NCBI RefSeq assembly: GCF_000196355.1
Contig: NC_007614.1
Coordinates: 330,001-362,000 of the forward strand
Direction of reading: 5' to 3'
Length of the DNA stretch: 32,000 bases
DNA from: Nitrosospira multiformis ATCC 25196
GTDB taxonomy: Bacteria > Pseudomonadota > Gammaproteobacteria > Burkholderiales > Nitrosomonadaceae
A program made the translations under genes and the position numbers. The number at the start of each line of letters is the position of its first letter. The first letter of the stretch is position 1. The notes under the pieces are model-generated. The model had not been told where the DNA came from, ran no database searches, and was given only the letters and a program-made list of their open reading frames with translations. Below, one piece after another: positions 22,039-31,253 of this stretch.

Positions 22039-23379
22039 TCATCGGTCCGCGACGAATTTGAGGACGTTTCCATTGATGCAATAGCGCTTGTGGCTCGGAG
22101 GCGGTCCGTCATGAAATAGATGGCCGAGATGAATGCCGGAGCTTGCGCTCCGTACTTCAATCCGTTTCATGCCGTGAGAGTTGTCTTCGTGCAGGGTAAC
22201 GGCGCCTTCCACGGGTTCAAAGAAACTGGGCCACCCCGTTCCGCTTTCAAATTTGCTATTGCTGTAAAAGAGGGTGGCACCGGTGACAGGGTCGACAAAT
22301 CTTCCGGGACGCTTTTCATCCAGATTGGATGCGGTAAAAGGAGGTTCGGTACCTCGCTTGAAGGCGATTTTCTGCTGCTCGGGCGACAGCAGTTGAAAGC
22401 CGAGCCATTTCCAGAAATTGGATTTCTCGCCGTTGTATCCCGTATAGCGCGCAACTTCCCGGCCGTTCTTGAACAGCACGATGGTGGGTGCCGCGAACAA
22501 GGGTTTTTCCAGAGCCCAACCGCTGGGCGGATTCGAGTTCAACGTCCTGGCAATCGGCACTTCCGCTTGCCAGTGGCTCATTATGTCTTTTTCGAAGCGC
22601 TCGCAAAATTCGCAATGCTCGGCCTCGAACGCCACCAGCTGCCGGACAGGATTCAGATCGTCGCTCTTCAGGGGCTCGATGCCCATTTTGGGCGATGTCG
22701 AAGCCGAAGAAGTCCCGGAAGAGATGGGGGGTACCTGCATCGGTGCAACTTTCCCGACTGCCCGGGGGTATTTCACTCCGGTACCACCCAAACCGCAATA
22801 CCCATCGGGATTCTTTTTCAGATAGTTCTGGTGATATTCCTCAGCGGTGATGTAATTCTTGAGCGGCAGGATCTCGGTGGTGATTCTGTCATAGCCCGCG
22901 GCATCGAGTGCTTTCTGATAAGCAGTCCGGGTTGCCAGTCCCATAGCCTTCTGGTTCGCGTCATGGTAATAGATGGCACTGCGATAATTACTGCCGATAT
23001 CGTTCCCCTGGCGATTGCCCTGAGTGGGATCATGGCTCTCCCAGAATTTGGCCAGCACTGTTTCCAGCGTTACCTTGTTCGGATCGAAAACCACCTTGAC
23101 CACTTCCGCATGATTGCGTCCTGTGGTTTTGCCGGTGCGAAGCGCTCTTTCATGATTCAAAATGTCCTGGTAACCAGCGCCGGGAAGGTCACCGCCTGCA
23201 TAACCGCTTTCCACATCGACGACCCCGGGAATTTCTCCCATGCGCTTCTCCGCACCCCAGAAGCACCCCATCCCTAGAACAACGTAATCCGTTGCCTGCG
23301 CAGGTATCGTGATTTTCTCCACTGCATATGCACCCATAATAATGCCCAAGGCCGCTGCCATCGCTACAACCCTTTTCAT
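22039..23379 (-). CDS. msrAB: Exported peptide-methionine sulfoxide reductase fusion: signal peptide - MsrA - thioredoxin-like - MsrB
   Basis: MsrA motif GMGCFWGAEK; central HCEFCERFEKDI...AAPTIVLFKNGREVARYTGY thioredoxin-like segment; MsrB motifs ESGTGWPSFFEP and KRYCING. Confidence 0.94.
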   Translation of the reverse strand: MKRVVAMAAALGIIMGAYAVEKITIPAQATDYVVLGMGCFWGAEKRMGEIPGVVDVESGYAGGDLPGAGYQDILNHERALRTGKTTGRNHAEVVKVVFDPNKVTLETVLAKFWESHDPTQGNRQGNDIGSNYRSAIYYHDANQKAMGLATRTAYQKALDAAGYDRITTEILPLKNYITAEEYHQNYLKKNPDGYCGLGGTGVKYPRAVGKVAPMQVPPISSGTSSASTSPKMGIEPLKSDDLNPVRQLVAFEAEHCEFCERFEKDIMSHWQAEVPIARTLNSNPPSGWALEKPLFAAPTIVLFKNGREVARYTGYNGEKSNFWKWLGFQLLSPEQQKIAFKRGTEPPFTASNLDEKRPGRFVDPVTGATLFYSNSKFESGTGWPSFFEPVEGAVTLHEDNSHGMKRIEVRSASSGIHLGHLFHDGPPPSHKRYCINGNVLKFVADR

Positions 23380-23680
23380 TTCAAGATGCCCCTATATAAA
23401 TCCCTAAATCCCGGTCGTGAGATCTCGATCTCGTTTTTCAATACTCCAGTGCAATTTGAAATCTGAAATGAAAATAAATTCCCTGAGTACAACCATCGGG
23501 GGAGAGGATGGGAACGCCGCATGCATTCTTTTCCTTTCCGAGCCTGGGTTAGCTGCCAGAGTGTCTCAAGGCGGCAGAAGCTCGGGAGCAATAACAGAGA
23601 GTTTAAGAAGGGGGCCGTTCAGGACCCGTAGCGATGGAGCTCTACCCGACTGGGGCTGGGCGCAGGGTTGAAGGGAAGGG

Positions 23681-26536
23681 TCAATGGCAAAGCGTTATGG
23701 CTGGGCGCGGCTCTTCAATCGCATACCCTTGGGCATAGTCAACACCTATCTTTCGCAGCGCCTCAAGAAAAGACTCTTCCTCTACCCATTCCGCTATCGT
23801 TTGGATTTTCATTACATGGCCTATATGATTAATCGCCTCAACCATAGCATGGTCAATAGGATCACTGAGCATGCCCTTGATGAATGCTCCATCGATTTTT
23901 AAATAGTCTACAAGCAAGTGCTTGAGGTAAGTAAAGGAGGACATTCCGCTGCCGAAGTCGTCGAGGGAGAAGCGGCAGCCGAGCTCCTTTAGCTTGCGAA
24001 TCAATGTGGCAGCCTGAGTAAGGTTTGCGATTGCCACAGTTTCCGTGATCTCGAAACAGATCCCGGCAGGATCGATCTGAGATTGCTTGAATTGATCCAC
24101 CACGAAATCGTATAAATGCTCATCGCAAATAGATGCGCCTGAGAGATTGATAGTGCAGGTGTCTTTTATGCCCCGTGAGGGATGTGAAGCGTATTGGGCA
24201 AAGGCATTGGTGATTACCCATCTGTCGAGTTGAGGCATGAGGCCGTAGCGCTCCGCCGCCGGGATGAAGGCCATGGGAGGCACCAGCTCGCCATTTTCTC
24301 CTTTCATTCGCAGCAGTATCTCGTAGTGGCTAGTGCTTGAAGGGGCGGAAAGGGGCAATATTTTCTGTGAATACAGTACGAACCGCTGCTTGTCGAGAGC
24401 TTTGTGCAGGCGCTCCACCCATCCCATCTCGCCACGGCGTTTCTCGAGGTTCTTGTCATCGGAAGCATAGAGTTGAACACGGTTACGCCCCTTATCCTTG
24501 GCAAGAAAGCAAGCCGTGTCCGCCATGCGTAAAACGTCCGAGAAAGTTTGCTCGCCACCGGAGAAAGTAGCCAGCCCGATGCTTATTCCGAGCGAGAATA
24601 TCCGCTCTTCCCAGACGAAACGGAACTCCTGCACGGTTTGCCGCAGCACTTCAGCCACGCGAAATGCCGATCCCCTTGGACATCTTTCAAGCAATAAGCC
24701 GAATTCATCTCCTCCCAGGCGCGCCAAAGTATCATCCTTCCGCAACTTTGCTTGCAGGAGGCTGGTGAGTTGTTTCAGCAACTCGTCTCCTGCAAGGTGA
24801 CCGCAAGTGTCGTTTACGATCTTGAATTGATCGAGATCAAGATAAAGCAGAGTATGCTCGTCCGCTCCTTTATCGCGCTCCAGGACCTGTTTCAGGCGCC
24901 GCTCGAATTCATGCCTGTTGATCAGGCCTGTCAAGGCGTCGTGCGTCGCCTGATAGCGCATTTCCATTGCCATCTTCTGTGCATGACTGACATCGCGGAA
25001 TACCAGCACGACGCCGATGATTGAACCATTTTGGTCCCGAATGGGCGCGGCCGAGTCTTCGATCGGAAAGGTTTGGCCGTCTCGCCGTATGAGCAGCGCA
25101 TGCGAATTAAGGCTTACGGTCTCTTTGTTCCTTAAAACCCTTTCGGCCGGACTGGATGCCAGCTCGTTGGTTTCTGCATGGATGATTTGAAATACGTCTT
25201 GAAGAGGCAAACCCTTTGCGTCATCGGAACTACACCCGGCCATGGCTTCCGCAACGGGATTCAGATAGGTGACGCTTCCTTCGGTATCCGTTGTGATAAC
25301 GGCGTCACCAATACAGCTCAATGTAACGCGCAGGAGTTCCTTTTCTTCAAAAAGCGCCTTTTCCGCTATTTCACGCTCAGTGAGATCCCGTCTGAGTTGG
25401 GTTTGGATTTCCTTGGTACGCTTGCGCTCGGTGATATCGCGGATGGCGCTGGAGACCAGGATTCCTTCTTCGGTTTCAAGGGGACTAAGACTGATTTCAA
25501 CAGGAAATTCAGTGCCATCGCGGCGCAGACCATAGAGCTCGAGTCCGATGCCCATGGGACGCGTGCGGGGTGCACGGAAAAAATCTTCCCGAAACCCGGG
25601 ATGTTTTGAGCGGTAACGGGGTGGAATAAGCATCTCCATCTTTTTACCGAGCAACTGTTCTCGCTGGTAGTCAAACAATTTTTCGGTTTGAGAATTCACC
25701 AGCACGATTTCGCCATTCCGATTCACAATAACGATCGCATCGGGTGCCGCTTCCAGCAGTCCGCGAAATTTCTGCTCCGCTTTTTTTCGATCGCTGATAT
25801 CGCGGATTGCACTTATGCTAAACCTGCCTTCATCCGTTTCAATGGGACTCAAGCTGATTTCCACTGGAAATTCGGTGCCGTCCTTGCGAAACCCGTATAG
25901 CTCCCAATCAGCGACGAGCGTTCGGCTATGCGGGTGGGTAAAGTAAGCTGCGCGTTCTCCCGAATGGAGGCCGCGCTTGCGAGGGGGCAGCAGCATTTCC
26001 ACGGGCTGGCCGCAAAGTTCGTGCGCGCTATATCCGAACAGTTTCTCCGTTTGCGTGTTGACCAGGACTATCCGTCCTGTCGAGTTCACTATGACTATTC
26101 CATCTGGTATTGAATCGAGCAAATTGCCGAATTTGGTATTGATCAGCTTGGCATCGCGCAATGCTTTGATATGCGTGATATTTGTACTTGTGATCAGGAC
26201 GTAGCCGTCCTGGCGCTGATCCTGCGACAGGACTTTGCATGACATGCTTACATAGAGCAGCGAGCCGTCTTTTTTACGACACAAGATCTCGTCCACTGAA
26301 GCCCTTGTCTCGTGCGTATTTCTCAGGCTCTGGTTGATCTTGGGCCGATGATCAGGGGCGCCGACGAGTTCAGTAAGCCTCCTCTGCAAGGCTTCCGCCA
26401 CCGTATAGCCAAATATCGATTGCGCGCCCTTGTTCCAATAAACGACAACGCCGTCGCCAGTGGTAACAATTGCGCCGCCGGGCATTTCGTCAAGAACCAG
26501 CTTGCCAAAATCTGTTGGTATTACCGTTGATTCCAT
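23681..26536 (-). CDS. Multi-PAS GGDEF/EAL cyclic-di-GMP signalling protein
   Basis: Four PAS-like segments, intact GGDEF (rc at 24701-24715), EAL domain with YEILLRM in place of YEALxR, DDFGSG retained; 951 aa, no obvious TM segment. Confidence 0.95.
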   Translation of the reverse strand: MESTVIPTDFGKLVLDEMPGGAIVTTGDGVVVYWNKGAQSIFGYTVAEALQRRLTELVGAPDHRPKINQSLRNTHETRASVDEILCRKKDGSLLYVSMSCKVLSQDQRQDGYVLITSTNITHIKALRDAKLINTKFGNLLDSIPDGIVIVNSTGRIVLVNTQTEKLFGYSAHELCGQPVEMLLPPRKRGLHSGERAAYFTHPHSRTLVADWELYGFRKDGTEFPVEISLSPIETDEGRFSISAIRDISDRKKAEQKFRGLLEAAPDAIVIVNRNGEIVLVNSQTEKLFDYQREQLLGKKMEMLIPPRYRSKHPGFREDFFRAPRTRPMGIGLELYGLRRDGTEFPVEISLSPLETEEGILVSSAIRDITERKRTKEIQTQLRRDLTEREIAEKALFEEKELLRVTLSCIGDAVITTDTEGSVTYLNPVAEAMAGCSSDDAKGLPLQDVFQIIHAETNELASSPAERVLRNKETVSLNSHALLIRRDGQTFPIEDSAAPIRDQNGSIIGVVLVFRDVSHAQKMAMEMRYQATHDALTGLINRHEFERRLKQVLERDKGADEHTLLYLDLDQFKIVNDTCGHLAGDELLKQLTSLLQAKLRKDDTLARLGGDEFGLLLERCPRGSAFRVAEVLRQTVQEFRFVWEERIFSLGISIGLATFSGGEQTFSDVLRMADTACFLAKDKGRNRVQLYASDDKNLEKRRGEMGWVERLHKALDKQRFVLYSQKILPLSAPSSTSHYEILLRMKGENGELVPPMAFIPAAERYGLMPQLDRWVITNAFAQYASHPSRGIKDTCTINLSGASICDEHLYDFVVDQFKQSQIDPAGICFEITETVAIANLTQAATLIRKLKELGCRFSLDDFGSGMSSFTYLKHLLVDYLKIDGAFIKGMLSDPIDHAMVEAINHIGHVMKIQTIAEWVEEESFLEALRKIGVDYAQGYAIEEPRPAITLCH

Positions 26537-26601
26537 TCAAATTTACGAAAAATAGGAAAGACTTTAAAAGAGAGAAGTCAATAGCTGCAAAAGATTAGGT
26601 G

Positions 26602-26623
26602 GCACAAAAATAGCTATTTGTGC
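26602..26623. promoter_or_regulatory. Imperfect palindrome upstream of the divergent regulator gene
   Basis: GCACAAAaaTAGCTATTTGTGC; arms GCACAAA/TTTGTGC. Confidence 0.45.
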
Positions 26624-26708
26624 TGTCAATCGTTGTTCGCTGGCTTTCGATGCCAGCAGATTGGCTGACATTTACATCATGGCTTTGGCGTTAAAAGAGG
26701 TAAAGCTA

Positions 26709-26738
26709 TTTGTACCTGTAAGATTTTACAGGTGCAAA
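26709..26738. promoter_or_regulatory. Hairpin/dyad in the divergent intergenic region
   Basis: TTTGTACCTGTAA-gatt-TTACAGGTGCAAA: 13-bp stem with one T-G wobble, 4-nt loop. Confidence 0.5.
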
Positions 26739-27088
26739 AGTACGCGTTCTGTAGTCTCATATGTCTATTAACCCACATAAATACAGCAAGTATCTCGTCA
26801 AAAAGGCTGGCAGTAATAACCGGACATGCTGTTTCCAGCAATGCAGAGCCGGGAGTGAAAGCGGAATAATTCAATGTAATCTGGTTTTCGGGTTTTCTCG
26901 GCTTGTCACCCGGGTACCCCCGACAGAAGGGCGGACAATACCGAAAATTCAACTTTCAGGCGCGGATTATGGCTGTCCTGAAGAGCTACCTGGTTTTGTC
27001 TGTCCTGACATCTTATTCCCTTACTCCCACTCGGTGGGAAGATGGTGCTCGCTGAGGCGCTCCATCACTATAACAATTTATATCAATC

Positions 27089-27565
27089 ATGAAGTTTGAT
27101 ACCCCAGTAAGGGCCGGAAATCATTATTTGATTTTTCTCCTGGATGAACAGCGGTACTCCTTGCATTTGCATGTGGTGGAAAGCGTCGCACGCATGGTTT
27201 ATATAACGCCACTACCGGGAGCGCCGGAAATTGTACTCGGTATAGTTAATCTTCGCGGCAAAGTTGTCCCTATCGTCGACATCCGGCAACGGTTCGAGCT
27301 TCCAAAGCGCGAAATTTTGCTGACTGACTGGCTGATTTTCGCCCACACGACGACCCGTCTTGTGGGGCTGGCGGTAAATTCAGTGATGGGAGTTGCGGAA
27401 TGTCTGGAACAATGTGTGGTTCCAACAGATGAATTCTTCCCTCCCCTGAAGTACTTAAAGGGAGTCATCAAATTTCAGGATGGATTGGTCCTTATCCAGA
27501 ATCTGGGCGACCTCCTTTCATTAGAAGAAGAAAAGTCCTTGGATTTGGCACTTAGTACCTCATAG
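27089..27565 (+). CDS. cheW: CheW-like coupling protein
   Basis: YLIFLLDEQRYSLHLHVVESVARMVYITPLPGAPEIVLGIVNLRGKVVPIVDIRQRF. Confidence 0.93.
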   Translation: MKFDTPVRAGNHYLIFLLDEQRYSLHLHVVESVARMVYITPLPGAPEIVLGIVNLRGKVVPIVDIRQRFELPKREILLTDWLIFAHTTTRLVGLAVNSVMGVAECLEQCVVPTDEFFPPLKYLKGVIKFQDGLVLIQNLGDLLSLEEEKSLDLALSTS

Positions 27566-27568
27566 GGC

Positions 27569-29053
27569 ATGCAAATCACCCTTCCTCATGTGCTGGTCTC
27601 GCAGCTAAGTGATTTAATAGCGATGAAGATGGGCTTGTATTATCCGCAAAAGCGCTGGGGTGACCTTGAGCGCGCAATCGCGGCTGCCGCACCCGAGCTT
27701 GACATGCCGGATACCGAAACAGCTGCCCGTCATCTCCTTTCCACTTCCCTGACCCGCAGACAGATCGAAATACTTGCTTGCCGCCTTACTGTCGGAGAGA
27801 CCTACTTCTTCCGGGAGCAGAAATGCTTGAACGTACTTGAACAAAGTATTCTTCCGGAACTGATACGAAAATGCAAAGAAAGCAATCGCCAACTGCGGAT
27901 TTGGAGTGCGGGCTGTTGCACGGGCGAAGAGCCCTATTCGATTGCCATACTCCTTGATCGATTGTTTGAGAAGCACGGGGAGGAATGGAATGCGGCAATC
28001 CTTGCGACAGACATCAACCCGGTATTCCTGGATCGAGCAGCCGAGGGCCTATATAGAGAGTGGGCTTTTCGGGGAACCCCGGGTTGGATTAAAGAGCGTT
28101 ACTTTAAACGGAAAAAAAACGGCCTGTTCGAGATAGTGCCGCATATCCGTAAAAGAGTAACGTTCTCCCGTCTGAATCTGGTCGAGGATGTGTACGCATC
28201 GCAGACCAATGGCACCCGCGCCGTGGACGTCATCTTCTGCCGAAATGTCCTGATGTATTTCAGTTCCCCGGCAGTTAAAAGGATTGGACAGGGCTTTTAT
28301 CGATCTCTAGTCGACTACGGATGGCTCATCGTGAGCCCAGTGGAAATGTCTAGGGCTTCGTTTCCGCAGTTCCGGCTTCATACCGTTTCAGGAACGGGCC
28401 TCTATCAGAAGATTGATAGTCATGATGTGCATGGAAATGGCGATTATTTCTCCGTTGGTCCGCCATCGGATGCCTCATACAAGATAACTTCAGCTTCAGC
28501 GCCGTCCCCTCGCTTGCAGGGCTGGGAAACACCCCTTTCGCTCGAAAGCATGGAACCGCAAATATTGCCGGTTGCATCAAGCTCCTTCACTCAATTAACA
28601 AGCGTGCAAGAGGTTGCAGGCCAATCAGCGAATCAAGAGCGGTCCAATACGCTTTATCGCGAAGCCCGTCGCCATGCCGATGGGGGCGACCTCCCCAGGG
28701 CTGTAAAGCAGTGCGAGGAAGCAATTGCCGCCAACAAACTGAATCCTGCGGCTTACTATCTCCTGGCAACGATTCATCAGGAGCTGGGGCAGGCCAAGGA
28801 AGCAATGCGGTGCTTGATGAATACGCTATACCTTGATCCTGATCTTGTGCTTGCCCATTTTGCTTTGGGTAGCCTCTGTCTGACGCAGGGCAAAAGCCGG
28901 GAAGCAAAACGTCATTTTGACAATGCACTCTCGCTGTTGAATGGATATTCGTCCAACGACATTCTCCCGGACTCGGGCGGCCTGACCGCCGGAGATCTCG
29001 CTCATTTCATTACCTCTATAAGAATATGCGATTCCATCGGAAATAAAGAGTAG
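27569..29053 (+). CDS. cheR: CheR-type MCP methyltransferase with C-terminal TPRs (WspC-like)
   Basis: LTVGETYFFREQKCLNVLEQSILPELI...LRIWSAGCCTGEEPYSIAILLDR; C-terminal TPR-like repeats PAAYYLLATIHQELGQAKEAMRCL...AHFALGSLCLTQGKSREAKRHFD. Confidence 0.94.
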   Translation: MQITLPHVLVSQLSDLIAMKMGLYYPQKRWGDLERAIAAAAPELDMPDTETAARHLLSTSLTRRQIEILACRLTVGETYFFREQKCLNVLEQSILPELIRKCKESNRQLRIWSAGCCTGEEPYSIAILLDRLFEKHGEEWNAAILATDINPVFLDRAAEGLYREWAFRGTPGWIKERYFKRKKNGLFEIVPHIRKRVTFSRLNLVEDVYASQTNGTRAVDVIFCRNVLMYFSSPAVKRIGQGFYRSLVDYGWLIVSPVEMSRASFPQFRLHTVSGTGLYQKIDSHDVHGNGDYFSVGPPSDASYKITSASAPSPRLQGWETPLSLESMEPQILPVASSSFTQLTSVQEVAGQSANQERSNTLYREARRHADGGDLPRAVKQCEEAIAANKLNPAAYYLLATIHQELGQAKEAMRCLMNTLYLDPDLVLAHFALGSLCLTQGKSREAKRHFDNALSLLNGYSSNDILPDSGGLTAGDLAHFITSIRICDSIGNKE

Positions 29054-29097
29054 AGCATCACATGACAACTAGCACCTTAGGGTCTTAAAAAAGGAAA

Positions 29098-29700
29098 ATG
29101 GCTTCCGGAAATTCTCCCCAGCTCGAGCAGAACCCGCATTCTCCTCGTGCAACAGTGGACAGCCTTGAGGTGTCTTCCAAGGAAAAAATTCAGCAGATCT
29201 TGCAAGCGAGGGCACTGGCCCTGGCTCAGGAGTTATCGGCTCAAGAGGTACGGAATGAAGACGTTGAAATCGTGGAATTTATTCTCGGTTGTGAACGCTA
29301 CGCCCTCGAATCGTGCTATGTCATTCAGGTTGCCGAGGTTGAGGATATTACACCGCTGCCCTGCACCCCTGGCTTTATTCGCGGCATTGTTACCCTGCGC
29401 GGGGAGATCCTGCCGGTCATTGACCTGAAGAAGTTTTTCGAGGTGCCGGAGAAGGAGTTGGGTGGACGTAACAAAGTTATCGTACTGCAGTCGGGGAAAA
29501 TGACGTTCAGCATTCTGGTGGACGAAGTCCTTGGCGCCCGGTTTATCTTGGCAACCGACATTCAGTCATCTTTACCCACTCTTATGGACATTCGTAAGAA
29601 ATACCTCAAGGGAATCACCTCGGAGCGACTAGTGGTTCTTGATGCGGAAAATCTTCTCATGGATGAAAGCATCGTTGTAGATGAGCAAGTAGTCGAGTAG
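29098..29700 (+). CDS. cheW: CheW-like coupling protein with N-terminal extension (WspD-like)
   Basis: VEFILGCERYALESCYVIQVAEVEDITPLPCTPGFIRGIVTLRGEILPVIDLKKFF. Confidence 0.93.
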   Translation: MASGNSPQLEQNPHSPRATVDSLEVSSKEKIQQILQARALALAQELSAQEVRNEDVEIVEFILGCERYALESCYVIQVAEVEDITPLPCTPGFIRGIVTLRGEILPVIDLKKFFEVPEKELGGRNKVIVLQSGKMTFSILVDEVLGARFILATDIQSSLPTLMDIRKKYLKGITSERLVVLDAENLLMDESIVVDEQVVE

Positions 29701-29759
29701 AGAAGTATCGAAATGGGTGAAGACACTGAAATGACGAAACGAAGTTTTGAAAGGACAGC

Positions 29760-31253
29760 ATGACCATCAGTGAAAAGATAATTGGAGGGTACGCCATCAT
29801 ACTGGCGCTTCTTGCACTCTCCACCGCTGTCGCATTCTATGCACTCGGCCAGACACAGGCGACCTACGATCATTTCCTGCGCGTAGACGAGCGACTGATG
29901 GAAAGTGCGAATGAACTTCGGATTGCGGGATTTGCGCAACAAACCTATGTTCGGGGTATTTTGCTTTATCCAGACCTGCTGAAGACCAACCACGCACTCC
30001 TCCAGGACAATGATCGCCGGTTCAAGCAAATCCTCGAAAAAATTCGACAGCTAAGGAGTGGAAACAAGGGGGATAGTCTACTCGACGAGCTCCAGTCCCT
30101 GCACCAACAACTGGAGGAGGCCCAGCAACAAGCCGTCCGGCTCTCGTTCGAGCAAAAACGCGAGGAAGCGCTCGCCTTCGTGACGAACACATTCCGCCCC
30201 CTCAGCCTTGTATTTATAGATAAGGCCAAGCATTTCTATGAGCAACAATCTGCAATTCTGGAAAGTAGAAAAATTGAAGCCTCGGATAAAGTAAGCTCCT
30301 ATACCGCTGTATTGGTGGCTGTTTCTTTATTTACTGTTTTGGTTGGACTAACAATCGGCATTCGCCTGAGTCGCATGATTACCGGGCGGCTCCGGGAGAG
30401 CATCGCCCAACTTGCGTCGTCTTCAGCAGAGATTCTTTCCACCACGTCCCAGGTAGCCGCTGGCGCAGCCGAGACTGCAGCCGCAGTAAGCGAGACAACC
30501 GCCACCGTGGAAGAGGTCAAGCAAACCGCATTGACTACGAGCCAGAAAGCCAAATATGTGTCAGACAGCGCCCAGAAAGCTTCCAATATCTCCGAGGCTG
30601 GACGCAAATCGGTGGGGGAGGCTATTAGTGGAATGAATCGGATTCAGGAGCAGATGGAATCCATAGCTGAGAGCATTATGCAGCTCTCCAAGCAGGGGCA
30701 TGCCATCGGCGAGATCATTGCCACAGTCAACGATCTGGCTGAGCAATCCAATTTATTGGCCGTGAATGCCGCTATTGAGGCGACGCGGGCTGGGGAGCAA
30801 GGTAAGAGTTTTGGCGTAGTTGCTCGAGAGATAAGAAGTCTGGCGGATCAATCCAAACAAGCCACTGCCCAAGTGCGAACCATTCTGGGGGATATTCAGA
30901 AAGCGACTAATGCTGCGGTACTCGCCACTGAGCAGGGCAATAAAGCGGTAGAGGCGGGGGTCAGGCAATCCACCGAAACGGATGAAGCAATCCGCCTGCT
31001 GTCCACCAGCATCAGTGAGGCAGCGCAAGCAGCTACCCAAATCGCGGCATCAAGCAAGCAACAAATGGTCGGCATGGACCAGGTGGTGATGGCCATGACT
31101 AATATCCAGCAGGCGAGCGAACAGAACGTGGCAGGTACCAAGCAGGCAGAATCAGCGGCACAAGGCTTGTATGAGATGGGGAATAAATTGAGTGTCCTCG
31201 TAGGCAGCAAGAAAGACCGTTTCGTAGAGGAAGCGGGAAAAGTCCATGCCTGA
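29760..31253 (+). CDS. Methyl-accepting chemotaxis protein-like receptor, two TM segments, no recognisable HAMP domain
   Basis: Hairpin tip IIATVNDLAEQSNLLAVNAAIEATRAGEQGKSFGVVAREIRSLADQS; TM1 about aa 11-30, TM2 about aa 181-201. Confidence 0.95.
   Translation: MTISEKIIGGYAIILALLALSTAVAFYALGQTQATYDHFLRVDERLMESANELRIAGFAQQTYVRGILLYPDLLKTNHALLQDNDRRFKQILEKIRQLRSGNKGDSLLDELQSLHQQLEEAQQQAVRLSFEQKREEALAFVTNTFRPLSLVFIDKAKHFYEQQSAILESRKIEASDKVSSYTAVLVAVSLFTVLVGLTIGIRLSRMITGRLRESIAQLASSSAEILSTTSQVAAGAAETAAAVSETTATVEEVKQTALTTSQKAKYVSDSAQKASNISEAGRKSVGEAISGMNRIQEQMESIAESIMQLSKQGHAIGEIIATVNDLAEQSNLLAVNAAIEATRAGEQGKSFGVVAREIRSLADQSKQATAQVRTILGDIQKATNAAVLATEQGNKAVEAGVRQSTETDEAIRLLSTSISEAAQAATQIAASSKQQMVGMDQVVMAMTNIQQASEQNVAGTKQAESAAQGLYEMGNKLSVLVGSKKDRFVEEAGKVHA

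Noticed and set aside
22120-23277. 385-aa plus-strand ORF opposite msrAB
   Set aside because: The minus strand encodes unmistakable MsrA and MsrB motifs, so the plus frame is a shadow.
26761-27099. 112-aa plus-strand ORF upstream of the first cheW
   Set aside because: Composition is not protein-like, there is no recognised family, and it overlaps the cheW start in another frame. More likely leader or intergenic DNA.
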